Part shown: positions 49,901 to 57,827 of the stretch, piece by piece | Layout: each line of letters starts with the position of its first letter | How positions within the stretch are numbered: position 1 is the stretch's first letter | DNA from: Methanobacteriota archaeon | Lineage (GTDB): Archaea; Thermoplasmatota; Thermoplasmata; SG8-5; JAGLSY01 | Length of the DNA: 64,000 bases | Assembly: GCA_020696385.1 (NCBI GenBank) | Contig: JAEHCQ010000004.1 | Location: 192,997 to 256,996 of the forward strand | Reading direction: 5' to 3' | Notes under the pieces: generated by a model | The model's database searches: none | What the model was told of the DNA's origin: nothing | Seen by the model: only the letters and a program-made list of their open reading frames with translations | Made by a program: the position numbers and the translations under genes

Positions 49901-51654
49901 GGAGAGGCTCCTGCAGTATCATCTGCATTGATCTCGTTTATGAGCTCTGTTGTGGTGTCTGTTCCGCCCACGACACTGGCGAATGCATCTCCACCAACTC
50001 CGCTAGCCGCGACTTCCTGTATGGTCTCGATATCTCCCACAGCGGGGTTTTCATCAATATTCTGCCAGTATGGTGGACCTGCTGTACCGCCCACAGTTCC
50101 TTCAACCGCGATATCGGATGCAACCGTGTAATTGGCCCAAACATCACCGCCAGTAGTCGCCTCAGTTATGGTCTGCGTAAGCCCATCTGATGGATCGATC
50201 TCGTCAATATTGGTGTAAGTGTTGGTGACCGTTCCATGATTAGCCGCATTTAGCTGATCCAGGTCCACTGTGTAATTGGAATAGACATCACCGCCAGAAG
50301 TGATCTCGGTGATGGTTTCAATAAGCCCATCAGCCGGGTTGATCTCATCAATGTTCAGATAACCATTGGCTGCAGGTACGACAGTTCCGTGAACAGCCGC
50401 ATTTGGCTGATCCAAGTCCACTGTATAATTTGCATAATTATTCGCTCCACCAGCGACCTCCTGTATGGTCTGTACTCCAGCTCCATGAGTGTTTGCCTCT
50501 GTTCCTGCAACAGTGCCGTGATTGGCAGCATCCACAGGATCCAGATCCGTGGTGTAATTGGCCCAGGTGTCAACTCCTCCACCACTTCCAACAGGGTCAA
50601 GCCAGTTATATCCACTGTGACATCCCCAGCACAGATCTCCTTCTTTCTGATGGGACATGCCAGTTGCGGTTGTTATCTCATTGAAGATCGTGGTCATATT
50701 TGCGGAAACATGTGTGTCACCACGATCATGGCAGCCATTTAATCGATTCGCACAGGTGATGTTCTTGGCCGCGTGATATTCAGTATCCGCAACCTCCTGG
50801 CTATCAACATGGCAGGAGTCGCACGCTGTGTTCATAAGATGAGTCAGATTGCTCGGTTGTGTCGCTGTATGGTGACCACCGCTGTCGCCCAATCTGGACG
50901 CCACGACATCATTGTGGCACCCACTAACTCCATCTCCACAGCTCACATCATTTACACCAATGTATGTATGGGATTCGCCGGTCTTTGTCCATGTGTATGT
51001 GTTCTCATGCGTTGAAGTGCTGGTCTCCACATTCGTGATCGCGTAGTTCACATCTACAGTGAAATTGTAAAAATCCGGGCGTAAGAAGGTCACGTTCACA
51101 TCGAAGCCAGTATGACAAACGATACAGGCCTCATTAGGTCCTCTGTTGTATATGCTGTTTGGTGCATTGCTGAATAATTCACTGTGTGCTTCAGTAGCGT
51201 AGCTGATATTGGTTGCAACTGTGGGATGACAGCTAATACAAGTAGGCAATGTGGCCGCGTGTTCGTCCCCATACTCCGCAGTAACATCCTGATGACAATC
51301 TGGACATGTCATTCCCTCATGTGGCTCAATACCTGGCGTCCCCAGCATGTTCGTGAACTCCTGGCTAACATCCGCATGGCAATCATCACACGCCTTTCCC
51401 GAGTTCCAATCATGCTGATCAGAAAATAATGAGACTGTAACTGCTCCAATAGATATGGCGGCTATGGCCAGTATCATCATCAAAAGCAGAGCCTTCTTCG
51501 ATACCAATATAGACGGAGTAGAGGTGAACGACTTCGCCGCAGTGGTACTAATAGATGAATCTGCACCCGGGCCGCCCCCGACCTCCGGGTTCATATCTGG
51601 CTGACTATCAATGTCAGGTCCATTTTCTATATCCATTGCCATGTTGATCAGCAA
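43912..51654 (-). CDS. Giant multiheme cytochrome c (2580 aa; 22 CxxCH plus about 13 CX3-9CH)
   Basis: Manual motif count; N-terminal ECN-like modules, heme-free beta-sandwich region, repeated CxxxxCH...CxxCH (Geobacter-type) units; exact start uncertain (ATG 51642 or 51636). Confidence 0.92.
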   Translation of the reverse strand: MLINMAMDIENGPDIDSQPDMNPEVGGGPGADSSISTTAAKSFTSTPSILVSKKALLLMMILAIAAISIGAVTVSLFSDQHDWNSGKACDDCHADVSQEFTNMLGTPGIEPHEGMTCPDCHQDVTAEYGDEHAATLPTCISCHPTVATNISYATEAHSELFSNAPNSIYNRGPNEACIVCHTGFDVNVTFLRPDFYNFTVDVNYAITNVETSTSTHENTYTWTKTGESHTYIGVNDVSCGDGVSGCHNDVVASRLGDSGGHHTATQPSNLTHLMNTACDSCHVDSQEVADTEYHAAKNITCANRLNGCHDRGDTHVSANMTTIFNEITTATGMSHQKEGDLCWGCHSGYNWLDPVGSGGGVDTWANYTTDLDPVDAANHGTVAGTEANTHGAGVQTIQEVAGGANNYANYTVDLDQPNAAVHGTVVPAANGYLNIDEINPADGLIETITEITSGGDVYSNYTVDLDQLNAANHGTVTNTYTNIDEIDPSDGLTQTITEATTGGDVWANYTVASDIAVEGTVGGTAGPPYWQNIDENPAVGDIETIQEVAASGVGGDAFASVVGGTDTTTELINEINADDTAGASPGAVAAGDGWYTVDKNRILFMDAFNTGGMSGTVTGVMLEVQYSVEGGYTGSNAITWALNGGAQATTGITPTNGQVDLTAQYNLFAQGVTTLAQISTLDVRFQNNDGGGGDAVSFDYIKVIVTTAGGAPSLEHKWTTDSIPAGYTALNLYVRALSTAPGDDVFSVFWSNDDISYVDTGININNVAMTTYAPFTFPLGEIGVLYIQIIDDNTGDALLTTCQIDTIRLEWYENIPVVASLEHRWRTDNIAPGADTLTLFVDAQYNPVGSDDTFTIYWSTDDVTYNPTTITINTNAMATYSWNFPAATSGVLYLSVVDNNGADSQADSVVIDIVRIQHLVSNPVTASLEHRWRTDNIPAGATTLTLYVEGNYNTGSDDTFTIEWSTDDATYNPTTITINSDTLTSYNWNFPGATSGVLYLRVVDDNAVDSQADDVTIERIRIQWIESVGGTYSLEHIWRTESIPAGADDLTLLVNASRAAGDDDFDIGYSTIQGGPYTPVITVNNVALTAYSASIPVMSGPIYLNVIDTNSGDAVQQDTVSIDEIHIMWHDFSSAPGSGLIIQVWTEPDQTVNVWNTSTTAFEQVYPRVVSSCADCHDDTGTNPVPFGSGKYINHLNESISNYDYTHCEDCHDTAVEPWYPHDIPHVVDIDWTTYAAAADTNVDNAFCDVVCHYSDLDSRVPYQDASTPWMKDIFTSFTNDGAKHTTSTLIDADGTVECVDCHPDHLLKPDDTDDGAQLFGGSSIQGCGDQDMGVGGCHLVDNGVVDATDPRETPPTHGTSTSWVVSGRDDCTSSSCHYKHNYPFDPTEGHNPTAECHPSGILCGADSNEHGKHMAADWNIPDYDYNCSQCHFNSAGDQDGWYDTTYGTAEHGDGTLQVRFNTTAPSTVGIATYANNLAPAYNTTTNMECDNTYCHSDGYPASFSWNAASPEWDTPGVACGDCHDMAPTTSSHPKHSNGSPYTFNCSECHFVAGSSGAGSGWYDTTYGTSQHVDGQVQVVFNNTATGLALQFGNAAFTGVWNSGTDTCSDIFCHDPTDGVDGNAKDPTPVWDNAATSYCSAGGGGSCHGDNTVGNKPLTNNHPEHAEAEVYRCGECHWDSVAGSPSTDGTYGTASHVDGDFDVAWWDNAGAGFPPGLQTNTEWGWTMVNYVSGNTCDVYCHDAVTDDDATITPWLPNWGDATTAACDLCHGGEWADTTPIETGSHTGHLNPARANMICSECHLQTGLYLPGDNTFSHIDGQISFDFTGDFDAYITTANLYPDNTGSLLEGDASYGTCDVNDANCHPDGREWGGACHPGGIDCGADSYQHVKHIVVDWSIPDYDYNCSQCHFNSAGDQDGWYDNTYGTAEHGDGTLQVRFNTTAPSTVGIATYANALSPTYNATSNSLCANTYCHSDGNASGFSPGVTPDWLADNVGCGDCHDIPMTSYAHRRHTSNNIPDADPWYDFNCSECHYVAGTSAAGWTDTTYGSTLHVDGKVDVLFDPAGIGTYGGSSGVTPAYNGDDTCDNIYCHSNGYDIGGAGDIYFTTPAWNSLTAMTCGDCHGMPNYNDGADRELGGTVTGNSASHLKHTRNFGGAWGATRNLAYIDNDGDGAYDANEAVISDNDGVYLLDPGRLNGVGSPDEIITPGLADITRFVATDDVWWADANGDNAYDYQESICFDMDGDGTYWEQGERLYTGAGPSGTWKHIQSNANAVDRVAYMDADHDGNYDGRGGFKETIIIESTNGGTTLLTIATDEQLTADHWVLQYDAISAGTTWGDGAGITNYDGGPWWDVYFAWYDYDCSECHYNTPPTAGLGTYGTSQHVDMTTQVYTAVDPASISDQFNWGGTNPTYTAATQTCTNTWCHSNAVDDNSGGVAGVDNSWGNWAGATADWDNPAVGCGNCHGSRIEMYVEGTTGVDHPGSYPHTTGAHQDAEEGDMWDFDNDGDFTENGEVPCRTCHFLPSRADNEMYGTGAHANGYYSIFVSGTPRTWLYPGANPSGTANTYPNWECHKTDFGS

Positions 51655-51824
51655 ATTTTGATAGCTATACAGGTAGTTATACTATCGTTATATTAAACAG
51701 TATATGCACCCTATTTAATATAATAGTTGCGGGCTTATTTTCAATAAGCCAGATTATGCGAGAAAATACACAACCGAAAGGCATATAATACTCCAAGATA
51801 TGTCCTCTTATTGGAGAAAGTCTC

Positions 51825-52256
51825 ATGCAAATTGAAGAGTACACATTTCCGGATGACCTGTATTTCCACAAGGAACACTACTGGGCGAGAGTAGAAGGCG
51901 ACGTTGTAGTTATTGGCGTTAGCGATTTTGCACAGAAGCTGGCAGGAACAATTAAAAGAGTGGTCACACTGGAAGAAGACGATGAGATCGTCCGCGACAA
52001 GCCAATCGGTACATTGTCTAGCGGAAAATGGACAGGAAAATTATACGCACCAGTTAGTGGTGAGATAGTTGAGGTAAATGAGGAGATCGAGGATGAGCCA
52101 AACCTTATCAACGACGATCCTTACGGAGAAGGCTGGGTCATAAAAGTAGAACCTAGCGACCTTGACGGTGACCTTGCACAGCTGATGAAGCCAGGCCCAG
52201 AATTCGAGGTCTGGATGAAGAAAGAGATCGAAGAGAAGAAAGCTTTGGTAAAGTAA
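51825..52256 (+). CDS. Second GcvH-like lipoate-binding protein
   Basis: EHYWARVEG, GVSDFAQ, GTLSSGKWTGKLYAPVSG, INDDPYGEGW. Confidence 0.9.
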   Translation: MQIEEYTFPDDLYFHKEHYWARVEGDVVVIGVSDFAQKLAGTIKRVVTLEEDDEIVRDKPIGTLSSGKWTGKLYAPVSGEIVEVNEEIEDEPNLINDDPYGEGWVIKVEPSDLDGDLAQLMKPGPEFEVWMKKEIEEKKALVK

Positions 52257-52319
52257 GCCGAAGGCGTCTTCATAAGTAAGCCGAAGGTGTCTTAATAAGT
52301 AAGCCGAAGGCGTCTTCAC
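52251..52319 (+). repeat. 3 x 23-bp tandem repeat AAGTAAGCCGAAGGYGTCTTMAY
   Basis: Units at 52251, 52274 and 52297; the first contains the gcvH stop codon. Confidence 0.9.
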
Positions 52320-52647
52320 GATCTTTGCGTTGTTAGTATTGTCATATAGTGTAGCGTGAAGCTTGAAGCTTGCGTATAAATCCGCAGGCTTTTAAAAGAC
52401 CCCGCCCCTGCTTTGATCGGGGCAGGGTTTGATTTGACTCCTCGCTCTCTTAATGCGAGGAGTTTATTTTCTTACTGGCACATCGCAACTGTCAACCACT
52501 GAGATATAGAATATAAAACCCCGACCTGCTGAATATTCTATGAATCATCCAGACGGGGCATGCTCGAATTTTTCTGCATATATATTGTTGTAAATATGCT
52601 CTGTAGAAATTTTGCTCTGTAAAAATAAGCAATGCTGAGAACACACC

Positions 52648-53730
52648 TCAGCGTTTGAAGATCGGCTTGCAGTTCACAGCTCGATTCATTCTGTCTGGTC
52701 CCAATAATCTCATCGACATTTCCAGAGTCCAGTTCCTCTTGAAGGCCTTGTCCGCCATCCTCTTTGTATCCAGAGCATTGTCCAGCTCTGGGCCGACATT
52801 CAACCTCCACTCCTCCTCATATTTCTCAAGAGGTGTGTTGTCCTTGAAATGTTCGGATATGACATTGCCAGCGATCCTGCCGCATATCATGGATATCGGT
52901 ATGCCGCCTCCATTTGTCGCCATCACCTGTCCAGCCGCATCCCCGACTATCATGACATTACCCTTGACAGTTTTCGGGATGGGCCCTGATATTGGAACAA
53001 ATCCCGCACTTAGCTGCTCGATCTTTCCCAGGCCTCGGACCTTGAGGAATTTGTCAAGCATCTTCCTCAATGACACATTCCCTGTCTTCTGAATGCCAAG
53101 GCCGACATTCGCTCCGTCGCCCTTTGGGATCACCCAGGCATATCCGCCAGGGGCTATTGTGCCGAAGAACATCTCCACGATCGGCTCGAAATCCCCGGAT
53201 ACCTGTCCGAGCATGCAGGGGCACAGGACATGCTCGACCTGCATTCCCGCGGATCTGGCAACATTGGATTTGAAACCATCTGCTCCGACAACTATCTTTG
53301 CTTTTATGCTTCCTTTATCGGTCTCGACGATGTCGCCCTTCAGGGACTTGAACTTCGTCCCTGTTCGGAGCTCTGCTCCCGCCTCTGTCGCCTTGCTGGC
53401 CAGATGTTTGTCGAAGTATCTTCTATCAACTGTGAATCCTTCAAAATCAATATCATATTTCCGGTTCTTCGGTGATACGAACCGGATCTTCTCCGTCTTC
53501 ATCTTGATAAGCCTGTCATCGATATTGAAAAGCTCTGATTGATCCTTGACACGGGGTATGATCCTTTGCATTTCCTTGGTGGATGGTATGAATTCCCCGC
53601 ATTGAACAGGCTCCCCAACCGCCTTTCTCTGGTCGATGATTATCACATTCAAACCAGACTTGGCTGCATAATGCGCTGTTGAACTTCCAGCAGGCCCGGC
53701 TCCGATAACTGCGACATCGAATTCTTCCAT
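52648..53730 (-). CDS. Geranylgeranyl / prenyl reductase
   Basis: GAGPAGS, GEPVQCGE, APGGYAWVIPKG, GDAAGQV...GGGI. Confidence 0.9.
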   Translation of the reverse strand: MEEFDVAVIGAGPAGSSTAHYAAKSGLNVIIIDQRKAVGEPVQCGEFIPSTKEMQRIIPRVKDQSELFNIDDRLIKMKTEKIRFVSPKNRKYDIDFEGFTVDRRYFDKHLASKATEAGAELRTGTKFKSLKGDIVETDKGSIKAKIVVGADGFKSNVARSAGMQVEHVLCPCMLGQVSGDFEPIVEMFFGTIAPGGYAWVIPKGDGANVGLGIQKTGNVSLRKMLDKFLKVRGLGKIEQLSAGFVPISGPIPKTVKGNVMIVGDAAGQVMATNGGGIPISMICGRIAGNVISEHFKDNTPLEKYEEEWRLNVGPELDNALDTKRMADKAFKRNWTLEMSMRLLGPDRMNRAVNCKPIFKR

Positions 53731-53760
53731 TTTCAATCACTCTGTTCTCGTTAATGATCA

Positions 53761-54732
53761 TCAATGATTTCTGTCCACTGCGAAATCGGACAGTGCCAAT
53801 AGCTTGTCCCACTCTTCAGTTCTGGTATTAATCTGCTCCAATGCATCCCTCGCCTTGTTACCATATACCACGGATAGACTGTTGGCATAATCAATTGAGC
53901 CAACAGCTTTCATTATCCTGATGGCCTCCATTATGTCATCATTGGAGTTCTCATTATTTGTTATGACCTTCTTCATATGGTCATTGTCCGAACCTTCGGA
54001 ATTATTAAGTGCATGAATGGAAAGGATGGTCATTTTACCCTCGTTCAGATCATTCCCTATGGCCTTGCCAGTATTGCTCTTCGAGCCCACCACATCGAGG
54101 ACATCATCCATTATCTGGAAACCGATGCCCATATTGAGCCCGTAATCGCTCAATAGCTCGGTGTCCTTCTCGGAAGCACCAGCCATGAGCCCTCCGGCCT
54201 TTGAACTGGCAGAAATGGGCCCCGCGGTTTTCTGCTCGATGATATTGAGATAATCCTGCTCTGAAAGCTTGACATTCTGGATATTCTGGGATTGTATGAT
54301 CTCACCAATCGCCTGTGATATGCAGGCTCCTGTGATGGTGTCCCTGATCTCCTTATTGTATTCGCTGAGCAATTCGAAAGCTTTGACAAAGAGATAATCA
54401 CCTGTTAAAAGTGCCGCGCTGGTTCCGAACTTCACATGGGCTGTCTGTATGCCTCTTCTCACCACACTTCTGTCATTGATATCATCATGTATCAATGTCC
54501 CTGTGTGGATGAGCTCCATGGATGCCGCCAGGGGAACCGCACTTTGGATGTCTGTGCCGTTCAGGGCCTTGTAGGCGGACAGCATGACAGCTGGCCTGAT
54601 CCTCTTGCCACCTGAATCTATCACGTGGTGGGATACCTTCTCGATAATGGCAATACCACAGTTGATATTGTCGTTAATGATATCATCTACGAGTTTCATT
54701 TCCTCGGATGAGTATAATTCAACGTCCATCAT
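53761..54732 (-). CDS. Polyprenyl diphosphate synthase (probably long-chain)
   Basis: GGKRIRP, HTGTLIHDDIND..RRG, KT, FQIMDDVLD. Confidence 0.92.
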   Translation of the reverse strand: MMDVELYSSEEMKLVDDIINDNINCGIAIIEKVSHHVIDSGGKRIRPAVMLSAYKALNGTDIQSAVPLAASMELIHTGTLIHDDINDRSVVRRGIQTAHVKFGTSAALLTGDYLFVKAFELLSEYNKEIRDTITGACISQAIGEIIQSQNIQNVKLSEQDYLNIIEQKTAGPISASSKAGGLMAGASEKDTELLSDYGLNMGIGFQIMDDVLDVVGSKSNTGKAIGNDLNEGKMTILSIHALNNSEGSDNDHMKKVITNNENSNDDIMEAIRIMKAVGSIDYANSLSVVYGNKARDALEQINTRTEEWDKLLALSDFAVDRNH

Positions 54733-54903
54733 AGCTTTCGAGTGCAGATTATTGATATTCTATATAAAGAGTTCTCACAAATAGTCAATATTATAATCGG
54801 ATAAATTAAGTCTGAAGTGGGTGATAATTGAAGAATATAGGTGATGATGGGGGATATGAACATTTAATTGCTCGAAATGTGAATGAAGGATAAAACAATT
54901 CAT

Positions 54904-55140
54904 TCACATTTCGAGAGTTGCCTTATGGATAACTTTCTGGGCTTTATCTTCCTCAAAGAACATCTTGATGGCTTTAAGAACATGCTTTTGCAGAACTATG
55001 CCCATCATCTTCTCATCGATATTATCTTCATTGAACCCAAGATCCTTGAGTCCTTTTTTCAGGAACATGCCGGCCATGTCTTGATGAACACCATTTGATA
55101 TCAGGGAGGCTTTTACATTTTCATAAATTATATTTCCCAT
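54904..55140 (-). CDS. Small hypothetical protein downstream of nuoD
   Basis: 78-aa ORF starting 16 bp after the nuoD stop, with plausible helical composition. Confidence 0.55.
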   Translation of the reverse strand: MGNIIYENVKASLISNGVHQDMAGMFLKKGLKDLGFNEDNIDEKMMGIVLQKHVLKAIKMFFEEDKAQKVIHKATLEM

Positions 55141-55156
55141 TCATCCGCCCCATTAT

Positions 55157-56245
55157 CTACCTGTCAGTTTCACCAATACAGACATCGATGCTTCCCATTA
55201 TCGAGGGCACATCCGCGATCCTGTTGCCGATAAGTATGGTTGGTGCGGCCGAGATATTGATGAATGCCGGGCTCTTGATATCCACTCTGTATGGCTTATC
55301 TGTACCATTGCCTATCATGTGCATGGATGAGTCGCCTCTTGGATCTGCTGTTCTGGTGAACACCTCTGATCCTTTTGGAGCTGTTTTAGGAACCTTCTGA
55401 GCCATGATGGGGCCAGCTGGCATGTCCTTAAGAGCCTGCTTGATTATGTTCATGCTCTCTCTCATCTCATTCATTCTCACACGGTATCTGGAATAGCAGT
55501 CGCCTCTCTTCTCGACGCAAATGGCGAAATCAAGCTTATCATAAACAAGGTATGGATCATGCCTTCTCAGATCATATGGAACTCCACTGGCACGAAGATT
55601 TGGACCAGTGACTCCCAGGTCAATAGCATCGCCGGGTTTCAATACACCGACCTCCATCGTCCTCATGAGGATCATGTCATTGTCATCCATCATGCCCTCG
55701 TATTCGAGTAATTTCTCCTCAAGAACAGCTATCTGCTTGAGGGTTTCCTCCTCGAATCTGTCAGGGGTGTCATTCCTCACTCCGCCGATCCTCGTGTAAT
55801 CGTACATGAGCCTTCCACCGGAGATCATCTGCATGAGATCCATGAATAATTCACGCTCTCTCATCGGATAAAGGAACATTGTCAATATCCCAAGGTCGGC
55901 AGCGTATGCCGCTAGCCAAAGAAGATGGTTGATGATCCTCTGTATCTCCAATGTGATAACTCTGATATATTGCGCCCTCTCAGGAGCCACAACACCCATG
56001 AGATCCTCTACTGTGAAAACATAAAGCGAACTCCAGGAATGTGCCGAACCATAGCAAAGCCTGTCTGCCAGAGGTATGCTCTGAGGAAAGGTACGGTTCT
56101 CCATGATCTTCTCGATCCCACGGTGAAGGTATCCCACTTCAGGTATTGCATCTGTTATGGTCTCACCGTCGATCTTGACCTTCAATGTCCATAGTCCATG
56201 GGTCATCGGATGTTGCGGACCCATGTTCACCCACATCTCTGCCAT
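55157..56245 (-). CDS. nuoD: Complex I / Fpo-like subunit D
   Basis: NMGPQHPMTHG, GYLHRGIEK, RLCY, IGETDR; no NiFe CxxC pairs. Confidence 0.93.
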   Translation of the reverse strand: MAEMWVNMGPQHPMTHGLWTLKVKIDGETITDAIPEVGYLHRGIEKIMENRTFPQSIPLADRLCYGSAHSWSSLYVFTVEDLMGVVAPERAQYIRVITLEIQRIINHLLWLAAYAADLGILTMFLYPMRERELFMDLMQMISGGRLMYDYTRIGGVRNDTPDRFEEETLKQIAVLEEKLLEYEGMMDDNDMILMRTMEVGVLKPGDAIDLGVTGPNLRASGVPYDLRRHDPYLVYDKLDFAICVEKRGDCYSRYRVRMNEMRESMNIIKQALKDMPAGPIMAQKVPKTAPKGSEVFTRTADPRGDSSMHMIGNGTDKPYRVDIKSPAFINISAAPTILIGNRIADVPSIMGSIDVCIGETDR

Positions 56246-56246
56246 A

Positions 56247-56894
56247 TTATTCAGACCTCCTGCATTCTGCTTGCCATTTTTCAGGCTTATCATTTAATTT
56301 GTAATTCTTCCTCAATGGGAAGAAATCAGCATCGTCCCTCAGCATTATCCTTCTGAGGTCTGGATGGTTCTCGAAATTGATGCCGAACATATCGTATATT
56401 TCCCTTTCATACCAGTTCGCCGCGCGCCATACTCCACAGACCGTGTGGACACTGGGATCATTCTTTGGCAAGGATACGGTGAATACCAAAACTGGTGCGT
56501 GGCTTAGTGAAAAGAGCATGTAGGTGACATCGAAACCAGTTCTTCTGTCTACCCCTGAAATAAAACTCACGCCTTTGTAGTCCATTTCATTCTTCAATAT
56601 ATTGCAGGTCTCGATCAATTTCTCTGCCGATACCTTGAACTCAATCCTTCTGGGCAGTGTGATCTTCATATCCTCTATGTCTGGGAACCTGTCCTTTAAC
56701 ATCTGAAGGACAGTTTGCTCGTCAGTCATCCCGATCATCAGTTTATGTTCGAGCTCATTTATGTCGAACAGCTCTGCCTTATTTTTGGATGACTGCTTTT
56801 GATTGTTGGTTTCTGGAGCCTTTTGATTACGGATGGGTGGCTGGCCTTGTCCGATGATCTCTGGTGCTTCTGGCTGCTCATGCTCATTCATCAA
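56247..56894 (-). CDS. nuoC: Complex I subunit C
   Basis: ANWYEREIYDMFGINFENHPDLRRI...FPLRK. Confidence 0.92.
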   Translation of the reverse strand: MMNEHEQPEAPEIIGQGQPPIRNQKAPETNNQKQSSKNKAELFDINELEHKLMIGMTDEQTVLQMLKDRFPDIEDMKITLPRRIEFKVSAEKLIETCNILKNEMDYKGVSFISGVDRRTGFDVTYMLFSLSHAPVLVFTVSLPKNDPSVHTVCGVWRAANWYEREIYDMFGINFENHPDLRRIMLRDDADFFPLRKNYKLNDKPEKWQAECRRSE

Positions 56895-57477
56895 TTACCA
56901 CCTCTTCATCAAGATTGAACATGCCCTGCTTATTCGCCTTGATCATCTCTTGGAACTTGAATAGGCCATCAAAGAAGGCCTCCGGTCTTGGAGGGCATCC
57001 AGCTATGTAAATGTCAACTTTCATTATCTTGTCAACGCCTTCAATGATATTGTACGATTCCCAGAAAGGCCCTCCGCTTATGGAGCATTCGCCCATCGCC
57101 ATTACCCATTTTGGCTCTGGCATCTGTTCATAAAGTGTGACGAGCTTCTTTGCCAGCTTGAAGCTGACTGGCCCATTGACAATTAGCATATCGCACTGCC
57201 TGGGGCTTGACCTTGGAAGAACTCCGAACCTTTCCATATCGAATCTTGGTCCGAAGGTCGCCATCGGGCTCTCCAGTGCGCAGCATGCGATACCGAAATG
57301 AAGGGGATAGATAGAATTCCTCTGGGCCCAGTTGAAGAAGTCGGTCGTGACATAGTTCACAACCTTGTCTATCTTACTATTCTTGAGAAATCTTTTGGTG
57401 ATATCATCGAACCAGTCCAGAAAATCCTCGGAGTTCAGCATTGCGACGGTCGCGTCGCCAGTATCGCCTATATCCAA
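56884..57477 (-). CDS. nuoB: Complex I subunit B
   Basis: FGIACCALE, RSSPRQCD, QMPEPKWV, AGCPPRPE. Confidence 0.95.
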   Translation of the reverse strand: MDIGDTGDATVAMLNSEDFLDWFDDITKRFLKNSKIDKVVNYVTTDFFNWAQRNSIYPLHFGIACCALESPMATFGPRFDMERFGVLPRSSPRQCDMLIVNGPVSFKLAKKLVTLYEQMPEPKWVMAMGECSISGGPFWESYNIIEGVDKIMKVDIYIAGCPPRPEAFFDGLFKFQEMIKANKQGMFNLDEEVVIDE

Positions 57478-57827
57478 ATTTTCGCCTCCTTTTTAAGCGC
57501 GTACATCAATCCAAGCGAAAGAATTCCGATGAATATGAGTATGGATATCGAGCTTTTGATATCCATTCCCTGGAACACCACTGCCCAGATCATCAAGAAC
57601 ACGACCACGATATCGAATACGACAAAGATGATAGCGAACATGTAGTATTGGAAGTGGAACTGTATCTTCGCTTCACCTACTGGTATCGATCCGCACTCGT
57701 ACGTAGTATCTTTTATCTTGGTCAATTTGGTTGGTCTGAAATACCTGTTTAGGAAAAACACTGCCGCTGGGAATATCAGGCCTACTATCGCGAACACAAA
57801 CACTGGGAAGTAATCTTCTGACAGCAT
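57468..57827 (-). CDS. nuoA: Complex I subunit A
   Basis: TTYECGSIP, YYMFAIIFVVFDI; start moved to ATG 57827. Confidence 0.92.
   Translation of the reverse strand: MLSEDYFPVFVFAIVGLIFPAAVFFLNRYFRPTKLTKIKDTTYECGSIPVGEAKIQFHFQYYMFAIIFVVFDIVVVFLMIWAVVFQGMDIKSSISILIFIGILSLGLMYALKKEAKIWI

Noticed and set aside
43893-51429. Many short alternative-frame and antisense ORFs within the giant cytochrome (and other long genes)
   Set aside because: They are shadows of the coding strand with no recognisable motifs.
52251-52319. CRISPR array
   Set aside because: The 23-bp units are directly tandem with no spacers, and no cas genes are present.
55157-57477. Group 4 NiFe hydrogenase
   Set aside because: The large subunit lacks both CxxC Ni-binding motifs and the small subunit has the complex I tandem CC.
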